Below are positions 10,314 to 20,999 of a DNA stretch of 64,000 nucleotides, piece after piece. The position numbers and the translations under genes were made by a program. The DNA lies in the NCBI GenBank assembly GCA_965219385.1, contig CBDCNM010000002.1, positions 2,784,936-2,848,935 on the forward strand, written 5' to 3'. The stretch comes from Candidatus Latescibacterota bacterium. GTDB lineage: Bacteria > Latescibacterota > UBA2968 > UBA8231. Position 1 is the stretch's first letter. Each line of letters starts with the position of its first letter. The notes beneath the pieces were generated by a model. That model saw only the letters and a list, made by a program, of their open reading frames with translations, had not been told where the DNA came from and ran no database searches.

Positions 10314-11876
10314 ATGTCTGCACTCGAATCTTTCGACCAGCCAAAACCGGAATCCGCCTGCGGCCCGACCCTGTCCCTGACCCGGTATATCGAGGGGGTC
10401 CTGGCCCCCAAGGCGGTAATCCCCAACGACTTCGCCTTTGCCGTCCTGGCCGATATCCACCTCAGGAGCGCTGGCGCGCTGTGGTTCGACGAGGTGCTGC
10501 GGGAGCTTTTGCAACGCTCTACGGACGCGGGGGCCGCCTTTATCGTGGTGGTCGGCGATTTGGGCAAGGCCATAGCGACCCCGCGTGGCAGCGACCTGGC
10601 CTGGCCGCCCGAAGTCTTCGTCGAAACCATCGGTTCAGTGGACAACTGCCCTCCGGTGTTCTTCACCATAGGCAACCACGATCGGGACGGCGCCGGCAAG
10701 GCAGCGTGGCTCCAGGCCCTTTATCCCGAGGTTGTACCTGGACTGGAAGGCACGGCCAACCAGCGCTTTTTCTATTTCTCCTTCAACTGCGGCGCCGGCC
10801 ATTTCGTCTGCCTGGACGCCCACGGCAAGGTGGAAGGCCACTCTGACATGCGGGAAAGCCACGGCACTTCCCACTTTGCTCACATACCCGACGAGGAATT
10901 CGCCTGGTTGGAGGAGGATCTGGAAAAACACCGCGGCCGGCCGACCTTCGTCTTCATGCACGAACCCACCGAGCAGATCGAACACCACCGCCCCTGGCAC
11001 CTGCTGCACAGCCGGGGCCGTCTGATCGGCACCTTAGAGCGCTTCCCGGACGTCCAGTGGCTGTTCCACGGTCACACCCACCACCACTCCCAGGTTCGGG
11101 CCTGGGGCTTGAATATCTGTCACCTGGGCAAGCAGAGGGGCCAGTTCGTGCGGGTGCGGGACGGCGGCGCCACCCTGCACGAACTCGACGATCAGCTTTC
11201 GCAGCCGAGTTTCGTCGACCTGGCCGCGTTGCACCAGAACCGCTGGCGGCCGGACGCCGGACGCCGGGTTTTCCAGGTGGCGCCGGACGGTCCCGAGGTG
11301 CGCGAGTGGGACCGTCCGATCCCATCCCTCTTCGCGCAAGCCGAGGTTCTGGCCGAAGACGGATCGGTAACCCCTCCGGACGGCGGGCCCATGATCCGCG
11401 TCCAGGCGCCGCTCAAGGCCAAAAAGACGGGTGAGGTCGCGGATCTGGCCGGCTATCTGGCCATGGACTTCATCCTGGAGATTCGTCCGGGTACGACCTT
11501 CAGCTATGCGGTTTACTGCGATCCTTTTTCGGTTCACGACCACTTTTCCCTTGCGCCCCTGATCAATACTCGCGATGGCCGTGCTTATCCTCTGTTGCGC
11601 GACCAGGAAGGCCTGCTGATCGACACCGAACCTGAACGGCCGCTGGACGGGTTTTACTCGCTGGGCCCCAGCGACGGGGCCTATTGCGCCCCCAGCCTGC
11701 AGGGCCGGGCGCAAGATCGCTGGTACCAGCGGGTCTGCGATCTGTCCTTTCTGGCTGGTGGCTGGATGGTGGGCGTAGTGGCCTGCGCTACCCCGCCACC
11801 GCAGAAGGATTTGCCCACCGGATATCTGAAATTCTATCTGAGCGCCGTCGAAGTATCCTGGCCGAAGGAGGCCTAG
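10314..11876 (+). CDS. Calcineurin-like metallophosphoesterase with an unknown C-terminal domain
   Basis: ADIH, VGDL, GNHD, FMH, HGHTH motifs; ATG 10314 has a ggagg RBS. Confidence 0.85.
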   Translation: MSALESFDQPKPESACGPTLSLTRYIEGVLAPKAVIPNDFAFAVLADIHLRSAGALWFDEVLRELLQRSTDAGAAFIVVVGDLGKAIATPRGSDLAWPPEVFVETIGSVDNCPPVFFTIGNHDRDGAGKAAWLQALYPEVVPGLEGTANQRFFYFSFNCGAGHFVCLDAHGKVEGHSDMRESHGTSHFAHIPDEEFAWLEEDLEKHRGRPTFVFMHEPTEQIEHHRPWHLLHSRGRLIGTLERFPDVQWLFHGHTHHHSQVRAWGLNICHLGKQRGQFVRVRDGGATLHELDDQLSQPSFVDLAALHQNRWRPDAGRRVFQVAPDGPEVREWDRPIPSLFAQAEVLAEDGSVTPPDGGPMIRVQAPLKAKKTGEVADLAGYLAMDFILEIRPGTTFSYAVYCDPFSVHDHFSLAPLINTRDGRAYPLLRDQEGLLIDTEPERPLDGFYSLGPSDGAYCAPSLQGRAQDRWYQRVCDLSFLAGGWMVGVVACATPPPQKDLPTGYLKFYLSAVEVSWPKEA

Positions 11877-11951
11877 TGCGGCGCATTGGCCGAGCGGATC
11901 CAAACAGGAGGGCAGCATGAAAATCACCAGGATCGAGACCAGGAGGTCATA

Positions 11952-14658
11952 ATGAAACGGATACCCCTGCTGCTGTCGGGGGCCGATGACGTGGATTACG
12001 AGGCCTGGCCCACCACCCAAGGTATTGCCTTTGCCGACGGCGAACTGGCGGCCGGCACCCCGGTGCGGGTGGTCGACGAAGACGGCCGCGCCCGGCCCAC
12101 GCAGGCCACCTGCCTGGCCACCTGGAACAAAGACCTGAAGTACGTGCGCTGGCTGCTGGTGGATTTTCAGGCCGATCTGCGGGCCGGAGAGCAAGGCGAA
12201 CTATTTCTCGAATACGGCCCGGAGGCCGAACCGCCTGCCTGCGACCATCCGGTACGGGTCGAGGAGCGCCCCGACGAAAACGGCCTGCGCCTCGACACGG
12301 GCGCGCTACGCCTGGATCTGCGGCGTTCGAGCGACTCCTGGCAGGCGCCTGGCGATTGCGATGTCTTCGCCGGCTGTCAGATCGCCACTGTCGCCGGCTG
12401 GCGCGAGGTGTTCGGCCGCGACCCTGGGCCGTTTCTCTACCTGCGCGACCAGCACAGCAATGCCTACGACTCCTGCACCCGGGCGCAGCGGCCCTGGATC
12501 GAAATCGAAGACGCCGGGCCGCTGCGCGCCAGCGTGTGCATCCGCGGGTACCACGCCACCGAGCAGGGCCAGCGGTTCTGTCCCTACATCCTGCGGCTGC
12601 ACGTGTTCGCCGGGCAGCGCGATATCCGTTTGTACCACACCTTCGTGTTCGATCAGGAGCCGCACTTCATCGAGCTGGCGGCCATCGGGGTGTCGCTGTC
12701 CCTGGCGCTGGGGAAGGTCCACCGCATGGCCGTGGCGGGCGCCGGGCGGGCGCACGCTTCGACCGAGTGTAGCGCCCTTGGGTTTTTGCAGAGCAACGAT
12801 CAGACCTACGCCGTGACGGCCGACGGGCGCGAAATCGGGGCCGGCGACAGGACCCGCGGCTGGGCCCTGCTGAGCGGAGCGCGCGGCAGCGCCGTCGCGG
12901 TCATCCGCAATGCCTGGCAGGAATACCCCAAGGGCTTCGAGGTGACGCCGGATGGCATCGACGTGCGGATCTGGCCGCAGGACTATCCTCAGACCCTGAA
13001 GTTCACCACCCCGCTCAAGGAGCCGGCCATCCGCTTCGACGACGCCGACCCCAAGATCGTGGATGGGCGCGACGAAGCCGGGTTCGTGCGCCGGGTGTCG
13101 GCTCGTCCCACCGCGCCCCTGAACCTCAAGAGCCTGCACCCCCGCGATCTGGACTCGGTGCTGTGGGTCGAAGAGATGGTCGAAAAGCACGCCGCCGACC
13201 GCGTGGTGTCGTACAATGACACCAGCACCTGTCACGGCATTGGCGCCGCCAAAACCACGGAGATCCACCTGCGCTTCTCGCCCGCCGAGCTGAGCGACGC
13301 GGACGCCGAGCACTTTGCCGGCAGGGTGCAGGAACCCCTCATCGCCCCGGCCGCCCCGGCGCACCTCACCGCCACGCGCGCCCTGGGCCAGACCCACCAT
13401 GCGGGAGATCCGCGCTTTGCCCGGCTCGACGAATTGCTGGACCAGGCACTCTATCGGCACACGGTCGAGATGACCGAGTTCTGCCGGCGCTACGGCATGA
13501 TGACCTGGGGCAACGTGGCCTGCGGCCACTCCAAGGTGGCGCCGAGCATTGCCTACAACCACCACCTGGAGAACAACCGTCCAAACCAGGCCCTGCGCTG
13601 GGTGGGGGTTTTCAACAACGAAGCCTGCGATGAAATCATGGCGGTGTGGTCCCACTTCGCGCGCACGGGACGTCGCGATCACTTCCTGATCGCCCAGGGC
13701 TACAGCCGCTGTGTGGCCGACGTGGGCTTCATCCACGCCCACCCTGGCGCTCCCGAGCTGGTGGGGCTGATGCACTATCACAACGCCTATCCCTGGAGTG
13801 GAGGCCCGAGCCCGTCGCACTCGCTGGTCACGGGTCTGCTCTGGGACTACTACTTTACTGGCAATAGGCGGCTGCTGGACGTGGCCCGGGAGAATGCCGA
13901 CTGGGCCGTGCGCAACCAGGCGCCCAGCGGCATAGTCCACAACCCGCGCCGAACCCTGCACCGCGAATACACCGGTCCCATCTGGTCGCTCATGGAGGTC
14001 TACCAGGCCACCTGGGAGGAGCACTACGGGGACGTGGCGCGGCGTTCGCTGAACTGGTTCTGGCGCACCGTGAGCGTTCCGGGGGTCTATCCCACGTCGG
14101 TGTACACCCGCGGACCACGCGGCGACGAAGCGTACGTGGACCCGGATCCGGCCCTCTACGTCGGCCGGGTGCGCACGGCCCGGCACTGGAACACCTACGC
14201 CTGGGGCCTGGCCTTGAAGCTTTTCGACAGCCGGCCGCTGCGCGACAACATCATCGCCGAGGCCGATACCCTGGTCTGGGATTCGCCGGTTCCCACGGGC
14301 ATCAATTACATGATGCCGATCGTGTGTCTGGCCTACGAGATCACCGGCGACCTGATCTACGCGGCCTATGCCAAGCACCTGGTGGAAAACGCCGCCGTCG
14401 CCAGCCTGGAGGGACTGTGCCGGCACGTCCACCTGGGCGCCTACCACCCTCGCCATCGACGTGATCCGCCTGCGGCACATCGTGGCTGCGGCTCTGGAAA
14501 AGGATCCCGAGGGTCTGGCCGAGGCCGAGGCAGAGTGGCAGCGCCGGCACGCCGAGCGGCACGCGGACCCGCCGGTGTTCACCGAGATCCCCAAGATCGG
14601 TCGTGCCGTGAGTATCGGCGTGCTCGGCACAGAGGATCACCCCGAATCCCCAGCCTGA
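11952..14658 (+). CDS. Large YetA/exo-rhamnogalacturonan-lyase-like protein, with a frameshift near 14445
   Basis: WPTTQGIAFADGEL, LATWNKDLKYVRWLLVDF, EDAGPLRA, WQEYPK, GAAKTTE, DYYFTGN; the natural C-terminus (LAIDVIRLRHIVAAALEKDPE...) is in another frame, ending at 14658; RBS aggagg. Confidence 0.65.
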
Positions 14659-14708
14659 GCAAACTCGATCGGATGGACTCTTACCTGAACCAGCCGTGTT
14701 TCTAACGC

Positions 14709-15010
14709 TTATCTGGTCAAAATTCGCGCTCTTATGATATCGTATTGGTGGCGCAAGTACTCCTTTTCGAGGGGGAGATGTTGGATGGATTGCCACAGGG
14801 TTTTCTCTGCTTTGTGGAGATTCCTTGCTTCCAGATAAAAACCAAAGAGCTCGAGGTACACCTGTGTTTGCCGGGGATCAATCCGCAACACCTCCTGGTA
14901 GGCACGCTCGGCTTCCTGTGGATTGCGCATGGAGCGCTGTGCCCGGGCCAGCTGCAGCTATACCTTTTCCCTTTCCGGATATTTTTCCAATAACCATTTG
15001 AAGATTGCCC
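14709..15010 (-). pseudogene. Remnant of a paralog of the TPR tail of 3709-5523
   Basis: AIFKWLLEKYPEREKV*LQLARAQRSMRNPQEAERAYQEVLRI...RILTR aligns with QIFEWLLQAHPEQEEVWLRLARAQRTMRNRPAALRAYQEVLRI...MVLTR; TGG>TAG at 14958-14960. Confidence 0.85.
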
Positions 15011-15165
15011 TGGAAAGACGGGTGCGTTAAAATAAGCGCATCATCCTGCTGGGCCACCTCACCGGCAAAAAGGAAAACGTCCCTCTATGGGGATAACATG
15101 GAATAATGGAGGCTCGAGGCCGGCCACCGATTTTCGAGGTTTTGCTTACAAGCCGGGAGGAATAA

Positions 15166-16221
15166 ATGTCCGAAACCAAATTCCGCATCCTTTCAATCGG
15201 CACCGCCTTCCGATCCAGCGACACCATCATGCCCTACGTGAAACAGCAGGTCCTCGAAAACGGCTGCGACTACGCCGAAGTGGCCAGCGCCACCACGGAA
15301 GAGGAGGTTATCGCCGCCGCCCGCGAGGCCGACGGCCTGCTCTACCGCACCAGTGTCCAGCCCAGCCGCCGCATCTTCGAGTCCCTGCCCCGCTGCAAAA
15401 TCATGGCCAGCATGGGCGTGGGCTTTGCCGGCGACTGGAAGGCTGCCACCCGCAACAACACCATCGTCACCAACGTGCCCGACGTGTGCATCAACGTGGT
15501 CGCCGAACAGACCATGGCCCACCTCCTGGCCACCCAGCGCGGCATCGCCATGCTGGATCGCAAACTGCGTGCTGGCCTCCCCTGGGAAAAGGTCAAAAAA
15601 CTGGAGTACACCCTGCCCCAGTTGAGCGAAAACACCCTCGGCTTGATCGGCTTTGGCCGCATCGCCCGGGCCGTGGCCGTGCGCGCCCGGGCCTTTGGCA
15701 TGCGCAACCTGGCCTATTCCCCCAGCCTCGACGAGAAGACCGCCTTTGCCCACGGGGTCCAGCTCGCCAGCATAGACGAAATCCTGGAGCGTAGCGATAT
15801 CGTCTCCCTGCACTGCCCTCTGACCGAACAGACCAAGGGTCTGATCGGGGAGGAGGAGTTCAGACGCATGAAACCCAGGGCCATCCTGATTAACACCACC
15901 CGCGGGGCAGTGGTGGACCGGGATGGCCTGCTCCGGGCGCTGCGCGAAAACTGGATCCTGGCCGCTGCCTTGGACGCGCCCCCGGGCGAACCCCTAAAAC
16001 CGGGCGATCCCCTGTTGGAGCTGGACAACGTGCTGATATCGCCCCACGCCGGCGGCGGCTTCGACCGGCTGCACTTCGACTCCACCAACAGCGCCCTCCA
16101 GGGCCTCCTCGAGGTGGCCCGGGGCCGCCTGCCGCGCCTGGAATCCATCCTGAATCCCGAGGTACTGAAAAACTTCCCTAACATCTACTGGCGCCTGGAT
16201 GGTTCCCTGACCAATCTGTGA
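15166..16221 (+). CDS. D-isomer-specific 2-hydroxyacid dehydrogenase
   Basis: GLIGFGRIA, LHCPLT, INTTRG, DxxxxEP, SPHAG; RBS ggagg. Confidence 0.92.
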   Translation: MSETKFRILSIGTAFRSSDTIMPYVKQQVLENGCDYAEVASATTEEEVIAAAREADGLLYRTSVQPSRRIFESLPRCKIMASMGVGFAGDWKAATRNNTIVTNVPDVCINVVAEQTMAHLLATQRGIAMLDRKLRAGLPWEKVKKLEYTLPQLSENTLGLIGFGRIARAVAVRARAFGMRNLAYSPSLDEKTAFAHGVQLASIDEILERSDIVSLHCPLTEQTKGLIGEEEFRRMKPRAILINTTRGAVVDRDGLLRALRENWILAAALDAPPGEPLKPGDPLLELDNVLISPHAGGGFDRLHFDSTNSALQGLLEVARGRLPRLESILNPEVLKNFPNIYWRLDGSLTNL

Positions 16222-16286
16222 GCTAGCGACGAAGTACGAGCCCCCTCCATGAGGCCGACGAAAGAGGGAATGCGTCTGCGGCGTGG

Positions 16287-17606
16287 TCATTCTTGCGCCG
16301 CCTCGCCGTCGACGTCGATGAAGTATCGATAGCAGTCGGCCCAATACTTGAACTCCTCGCGCTGGCGCCAGCGGTTGAGATAGAGTTCGATCAGCCCTGT
16401 CTCATGGTCCTGGAGAATGCCGGGATCGGAGAGTGCAATCCTGTCGGAGTCGCCCTCCTGCCGCGTGTCGACCGTGGTCACGCTGTCCTTGATCAGCAGG
16501 CCGCGGTCGTTGACTTGTGCGATGACCAGCGGGTAGCGGGGATCGTTGCTGTAGGCGGTGTGGTCGGTGATGTTACCGATCCAGAAGATTTTCCGATTCT
16601 TTCTGCTTCTGATAAGATTCGATCGGCTGGACGGAGAATAGAACACCTCCCTGTTGTCAAAGTGCCACGGCGCCGGATCGGTGAAGGTTTTGCCGCCGTC
16701 GTCGGACCAGCAGTACCATTTGTGTCCCGGCGTGCCGGGCTCGATGCGCGTGTTCCTGGCTTCGCTCTGCACATTGGAGCCGCGGAACACCGCCACGATC
16801 CGGCCGGAGGGCAACGTGATCGCGGTCGCCTCGTTTACGCCCCTTGACGATTTCAGATCGCTGATCGCGATCGGGCGGGAGAAGGTCAGATCATAATTCC
16901 CGCGGGTCTCATTGAATCTTCCCCGCGCCACGATCATCCCGTGCATGAGGTGGGGGCAGGAGGGGAAGACCTCGTTGACGTCCAGGCCCAGGATGCGGCA
17001 GCAGGAACCTACGGCCGCGTCCATGGGAAAGAGGATCTCACCGTTGTCCAGCACGTCCACGTTGCAGCCGAAACAGGCGCGGTTGTTATCGGTATAGGCG
17101 GAGTCTCGCCAGTTGTCCGGATCGTAGTCGGCACCTGGTTCGTATTTGACCAGATCAACGGCGCGCTGGTCGCTGCCGTCCTTGCGGACCACCAGCAGGC
17201 AGTGATTGACATAGCCGAGCTGGCCGCCCCAGTGTCGCTCGTAGGCCTTTTTGTGCCCGTCGAAGAAGATCGTGCGCATACTTACCGACACGAAATGCCC
17301 GTACCGGGGATTGTACGCCTGGTTCAAGTATGCTCCGTCCCAGGTTGCGATTTCGTCTTCGCCTTTGGTTTCGTGTCCCCGGCTGTAGACGTCCCGCCAC
17401 TCGCCCCACGTCCGGCCGTTATCATCGGAATACCGCTCGAAGTCCTCGTTGGCCCAGTCCGCCTCACGCTGTAGACTACGGTGCTCCACCCGCCTCAGTT
17501 TGGTGGCGTTTACGTACCTCTGGAATCTCCTTTCGGCGGTTTGTCTGTCCGGAGCAGGGACGTAAAGCTCTCGTCTCACCGTGATGGTCATGTTAACGCA
17601 CTCCAT
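16287..17606 (-). CDS. BNR/Asp-box (sialidase-like) beta-propeller protein
   Basis: Asp boxes YSDDNGRTW and WSDDGGKTF; SSRGVNE, PRYPL. Confidence 0.75.
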   Translation of the reverse strand: MECVNMTITVRRELYVPAPDRQTAERRFQRYVNATKLRRVEHRSLQREADWANEDFERYSDDNGRTWGEWRDVYSRGHETKGEDEIATWDGAYLNQAYNPRYGHFVSVSMRTIFFDGHKKAYERHWGGQLGYVNHCLLVVRKDGSDQRAVDLVKYEPGADYDPDNWRDSAYTDNNRACFGCNVDVLDNGEILFPMDAAVGSCCRILGLDVNEVFPSCPHLMHGMIVARGRFNETRGNYDLTFSRPIAISDLKSSRGVNEATAITLPSGRIVAVFRGSNVQSEARNTRIEPGTPGHKWYCWSDDGGKTFTDPAPWHFDNREVFYSPSSRSNLIRSRKNRKIFWIGNITDHTAYSNDPRYPLVIAQVNDRGLLIKDSVTTVDTRQEGDSDRIALSDPGILQDHETGLIELYLNRWRQREEFKYWADCYRYFIDVDGEAAQE

Positions 17607-17680
17607 TCGCTGGCAACCTGACGCTGAGGCTCAAATATACTCAAACCTATGCCGCAAGCAAATGAGTAGTAGAGGGATAT

Positions 17681-17849
17681 TCAGTATTTCACGGAATCGG
17701 CGGGCGGGGCCGTGCGGGGCTTGTGCCTCTGGCGTTTTATGAGGCCCAGGGCGCTCTTGCCCCGCTCCACTCCCCCATAAAACGCCGCCGGCAACATCCC
17801 CTCCCGGCCTTGAGGTCCAAATAGCTACGGGTATTTCGTGAAGTACTGA
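17681..17849. repeat. MITE-like or palindromic non-coding element
   Basis: Outer inverted repeat 17681-17697/17833-17849 (15/17 match); inner inverted repeat 17731-17744/17773-17786 (13/14). Confidence 0.6.
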
Positions 17850-17909
17850 TATTGTCCAAACTTTAGTATGTACTTATACTGATACGCGTCCACATCGTCG
17901 GAGACCCCT

Positions 17910-19805
17910 ATGAATACAACAGACCAGGCCTACGAAAACGTCCCCTTCTACCTCGACGCCAAGAACGTCTTTTTCCACGAACTACTTCCCGCCTGCTTCG
18001 AACGCACCCTCCGAATCGAAGAATCAAACCGCGAAGGCTGTATCCTCGAATGGCTCTTCACCGGCGCTCAGGGCGGTTTTACCATCCGCCTGGACGACAC
18101 CACAGTGCAGGTAGTCCAGCGCTTCTACGATTCCTTTGGCCTGCATCCTCTGGAAAAATTCTTCGACCAGGACCCCTCGGTGCCACTGGCCCGCTGGTTC
18201 GAAGAAGACCGAGGGGGCCTGCACCTCTTCCCCGAAAAACAATGGTTCCAGGCCACGGCCCCGTGTAGCAAAAAGGTGGAAACCATAAGCGTCGTACTCG
18301 ACCACAAAATGGCCCTTACCGTTTCCATTAACGGCCAGGAAAAAATCAACCAGACCTGTATCCCGGACGTGCGCCGGCACCACCTGCGCTGGGCCGACCG
18401 GCAAGGAAGCATCGCGGTACGGCTCGCCAAACCCGAACCCACCCGCGCCACCGTCCGCATAGACCAGCACCGGCGCTTTCAAACCATGATCGGCTTCGGC
18501 GGCACCGCCGCCCCCACCGCCTACATCGAACTCAGCCCCAAAGGCAAACAACGCTGGTGGGAAGTGGTCTGCGAGTACAACCTGCTCATCCAGCGCGAGA
18601 ACCCGGTCAGTCGCTACCTCAAGAGGGACCTGTCCAACTTCGACGACCTCGAATCCGCCTTCCCTTCCTACTACGGCGACTGTTTCCCCAATTTCGAGAT
18701 CAGCGATTTCAATTACAACAAGATCATCCAGAGCCTCGGCGGCCAGGTCTTCTTCGAGTTCTGGGGTTTGCCCGGCTGGATGATGAAGGAAGGAGAGGGC
18801 ATAAACGACAGAGGCCAGCACTGCGACAGGGTTGTGGACGCCGACGAATTCGCCCGCGCCATGCTCGGTTTCTGCCATACATCGGTCGAAAAAGCCGGGG
18901 GCCCGCCGGACGTCTTGGGCATCCAGAATGAAAGCTCGCAAACCCCCGAGTCCTACCACGCCATGACCCTGACCCTGCGTCGCGAGCTCGACCGCGCCGG
19001 ATTCCAATCCGTGAAGATACACATGAGCGACGCCAATATGATGTCCGGCGACTCGGTCTGGGGCAAGGTATACTCCCACAGCCTGGCGCGCGCCCGCGCC
19101 TTTACCAGCAACCCGGAGGCCTGGGCCGCCATCGACTACTCGGCCACCCACATGTACGATTTTCAGGAGTACTTCAACCGTCCCGATGACTACGACCAGT
19201 ACCTGCGCGAGTGGAAGGAGTTGACCGCGGACAAGCCGTTTTTCTCCTCGGAGATGTGCGTCAACAACCCGCGCTACCAGCTGCCGACCTACCGAGTCGC
19301 CCTGCTCATGGCCGAGCTCTACCACAAAAACTTCGCCATTGCCGATGCCGCGGGCATGGCCTTCTGCTACACCCTGGTAAACATCGAGCAGCCCTCCTTC
19401 GGCTGGACCCGGTCTTTGCTGGTGGCGGACACCGAGCGCAACTACGTACCCAGGGCCTCCAGCCACCAGCTCCGCGTCTTCGGCGCGTACAGCCGTCGGA
19501 TCAAAGCGGGCATGGTGCGGGTAGGGGCCGAAACCGGGACCGAAGACCTGATGGTCACGGCCTACGTCGGCGACGAGGACCAGCGGACCGTGGTGATCCT
19601 CAACCGCTCCACCGTGCCCCGCCGCGTCTCCATCGAGGGCATGGACGGCGGCTTCACCCACCTGGAAATCGCCGATTCCTACCACGAAAACGAGGTCTTT
19701 GAACTGGATGCCCCATCCGGGGAGGTTGAGGTAAGTCCCGGCGCCATCGCAACCCTCACCACGGTGCCCCTCGGCGCCCTTCCCCAAGGTTTTACTCTGG
19801 ATTAG
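17910..19805 (+). CDS. Clan GH-A (GH30-like) glycoside hydrolase; paralog of 7071-8954
   Basis: QTMIGFGG, GIQNE, YSATHMY, FFSSEMC; colinear with the paralog over its whole length. Confidence 0.78.
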   Translation: MNTTDQAYENVPFYLDAKNVFFHELLPACFERTLRIEESNREGCILEWLFTGAQGGFTIRLDDTTVQVVQRFYDSFGLHPLEKFFDQDPSVPLARWFEEDRGGLHLFPEKQWFQATAPCSKKVETISVVLDHKMALTVSINGQEKINQTCIPDVRRHHLRWADRQGSIAVRLAKPEPTRATVRIDQHRRFQTMIGFGGTAAPTAYIELSPKGKQRWWEVVCEYNLLIQRENPVSRYLKRDLSNFDDLESAFPSYYGDCFPNFEISDFNYNKIIQSLGGQVFFEFWGLPGWMMKEGEGINDRGQHCDRVVDADEFARAMLGFCHTSVEKAGGPPDVLGIQNESSQTPESYHAMTLTLRRELDRAGFQSVKIHMSDANMMSGDSVWGKVYSHSLARARAFTSNPEAWAAIDYSATHMYDFQEYFNRPDDYDQYLREWKELTADKPFFSSEMCVNNPRYQLPTYRVALLMAELYHKNFAIADAAGMAFCYTLVNIEQPSFGWTRSLLVADTERNYVPRASSHQLRVFGAYSRRIKAGMVRVGAETGTEDLMVTAYVGDEDQRTVVILNRSTVPRRVSIEGMDGGFTHLEIADSYHENEVFELDAPSGEVEVSPGAIATLTTVPLGALPQGFTLD

Positions 19806-19814
19806 GAAGTCGCC

Positions 19815-20960
19815 ATGAAGATCACCGATGTCGAAATCATTCAACAAGCAGAGAACACCCGGCTGCGCCGCGACTTCGCCTGGATCCTGGTGCACACCGA
19901 CGAGGGCCTCACCGGTCTGGGCGAACTCAATCGCCGCCCTCACGAACTGGTACCCATCATCCAGAACTGGACCCCCCAGTTCCTGGTCGGCCAGGACCCG
20001 CGCCACATCGAGCGCATCTGGGAAACCCTGTTTTACCACATCACCCCCCACGGCAACACCGGCGCGACCCGCCGCGCTCTCAGCGCCATTGACATGGCCC
20101 TGTGGGACATCTCCGGCAAGGCCCTTGACGCCCCGGTCTGGCACCTTTTGGGCGGGACCTGCCGGGACCGGGTGCCGGTCTACAGCACTGGTGGGATCGA
20201 GGGCTCAACGCAGGAGGAGGTGCACCACAAGGTCCGGCAGATGAAAACGACGGGCTGGAAAGCCGCCAAGACCGACCCCTTCGAGCTGACCCGCGAGGCC
20301 AAGGATCCCAGCCAGCAGTTCCTCTGGCGCTACGCCTCGCCCGCGGAAGTCGCCCGCGGGGTGGAAATAATGCAGTGGACCCGCGAGGCCACCGGCAATG
20401 GATTCGACGTGGGCGTCGACTGCCACCCCCTCTGGGACGTGCACGGGGCCACCCGCGTTATCCGCGCCATGGAACCCTTTGACCTCATGTTCTTCGAGTG
20501 TCCGATCATCGAGGACAGTATCGAGCCGTGGGCGGCCCTGGCGCGCGACTGTCGGGTGCCACTGATGGCCGGGGAATACAGCCAGTCCCGCTTTCAGCTC
20601 CTGCCCTTTATCGAGCGCAACTTGGTCTCCATCGTCAACCCGGACCTGGCCTGGGTCGGCGGCATCACCGAGATCAAGCGCATCGGCATCCTTGCCAAGG
20701 CGCACGGGATAGCCGTTGCGCCGCACGACTCGGGACCGGTGACCACCTATGCCCGCTGTCACGCCATGGCCCACATGAGCAATGCCTTCTTCATGGAACT
20801 GTCCAGTGCCACCAGGGGGATGTGGGAGGCAGTGACCGAAGAGTTGAAGATGAAAGATTCCAGTCTGCCCCTGCCCACCGGGCCGGGCCTGGGGGTGGAA
20901 TTAAATCCCGACCTCATCGATGCTTGGCGCCGGCGAGAAAAGCAGGGGGAGAAGCCGTGA
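19815..20960 (+). CDS. Mandelate racemase/muconate lactonizing enzyme family (acid-sugar dehydratase-like)
   Basis: TDEGLTGLGE, SAIDMALWDISGK, KxD, VDCH, FECP, AGE, APH motifs. Confidence 0.92.
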   Translation: MKITDVEIIQQAENTRLRRDFAWILVHTDEGLTGLGELNRRPHELVPIIQNWTPQFLVGQDPRHIERIWETLFYHITPHGNTGATRRALSAIDMALWDISGKALDAPVWHLLGGTCRDRVPVYSTGGIEGSTQEEVHHKVRQMKTTGWKAAKTDPFELTREAKDPSQQFLWRYASPAEVARGVEIMQWTREATGNGFDVGVDCHPLWDVHGATRVIRAMEPFDLMFFECPIIEDSIEPWAALARDCRVPLMAGEYSQSRFQLLPFIERNLVSIVNPDLAWVGGITEIKRIGILAKAHGIAVAPHDSGPVTTYARCHAMAHMSNAFFMELSSATRGMWEAVTEELKMKDSSLPLPTGPGLGVELNPDLIDAWRRREKQGEKP

Positions 20961-20999
20961 AACCGCTGTCCTGGATGAGGGGTAGCGCTGTCAACCCTT

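Noticed and set aside
12306..14630. Long antisense ORFs (also 18024-20144, 26546-28222, 35438-37915, 45010-46851, 48653-50296, 53686-55584)
   Set aside because: Shadow frames of high-GC genes; each lies opposite a gene with clear family motifs and has none of its own
3709..19805. One inverted segmental duplication explaining both the TPR and GH paralog pairs
   Set aside because: Order is TPR, GH, TPR', GH', not the mirrored order, and the intervening genes are unrelated
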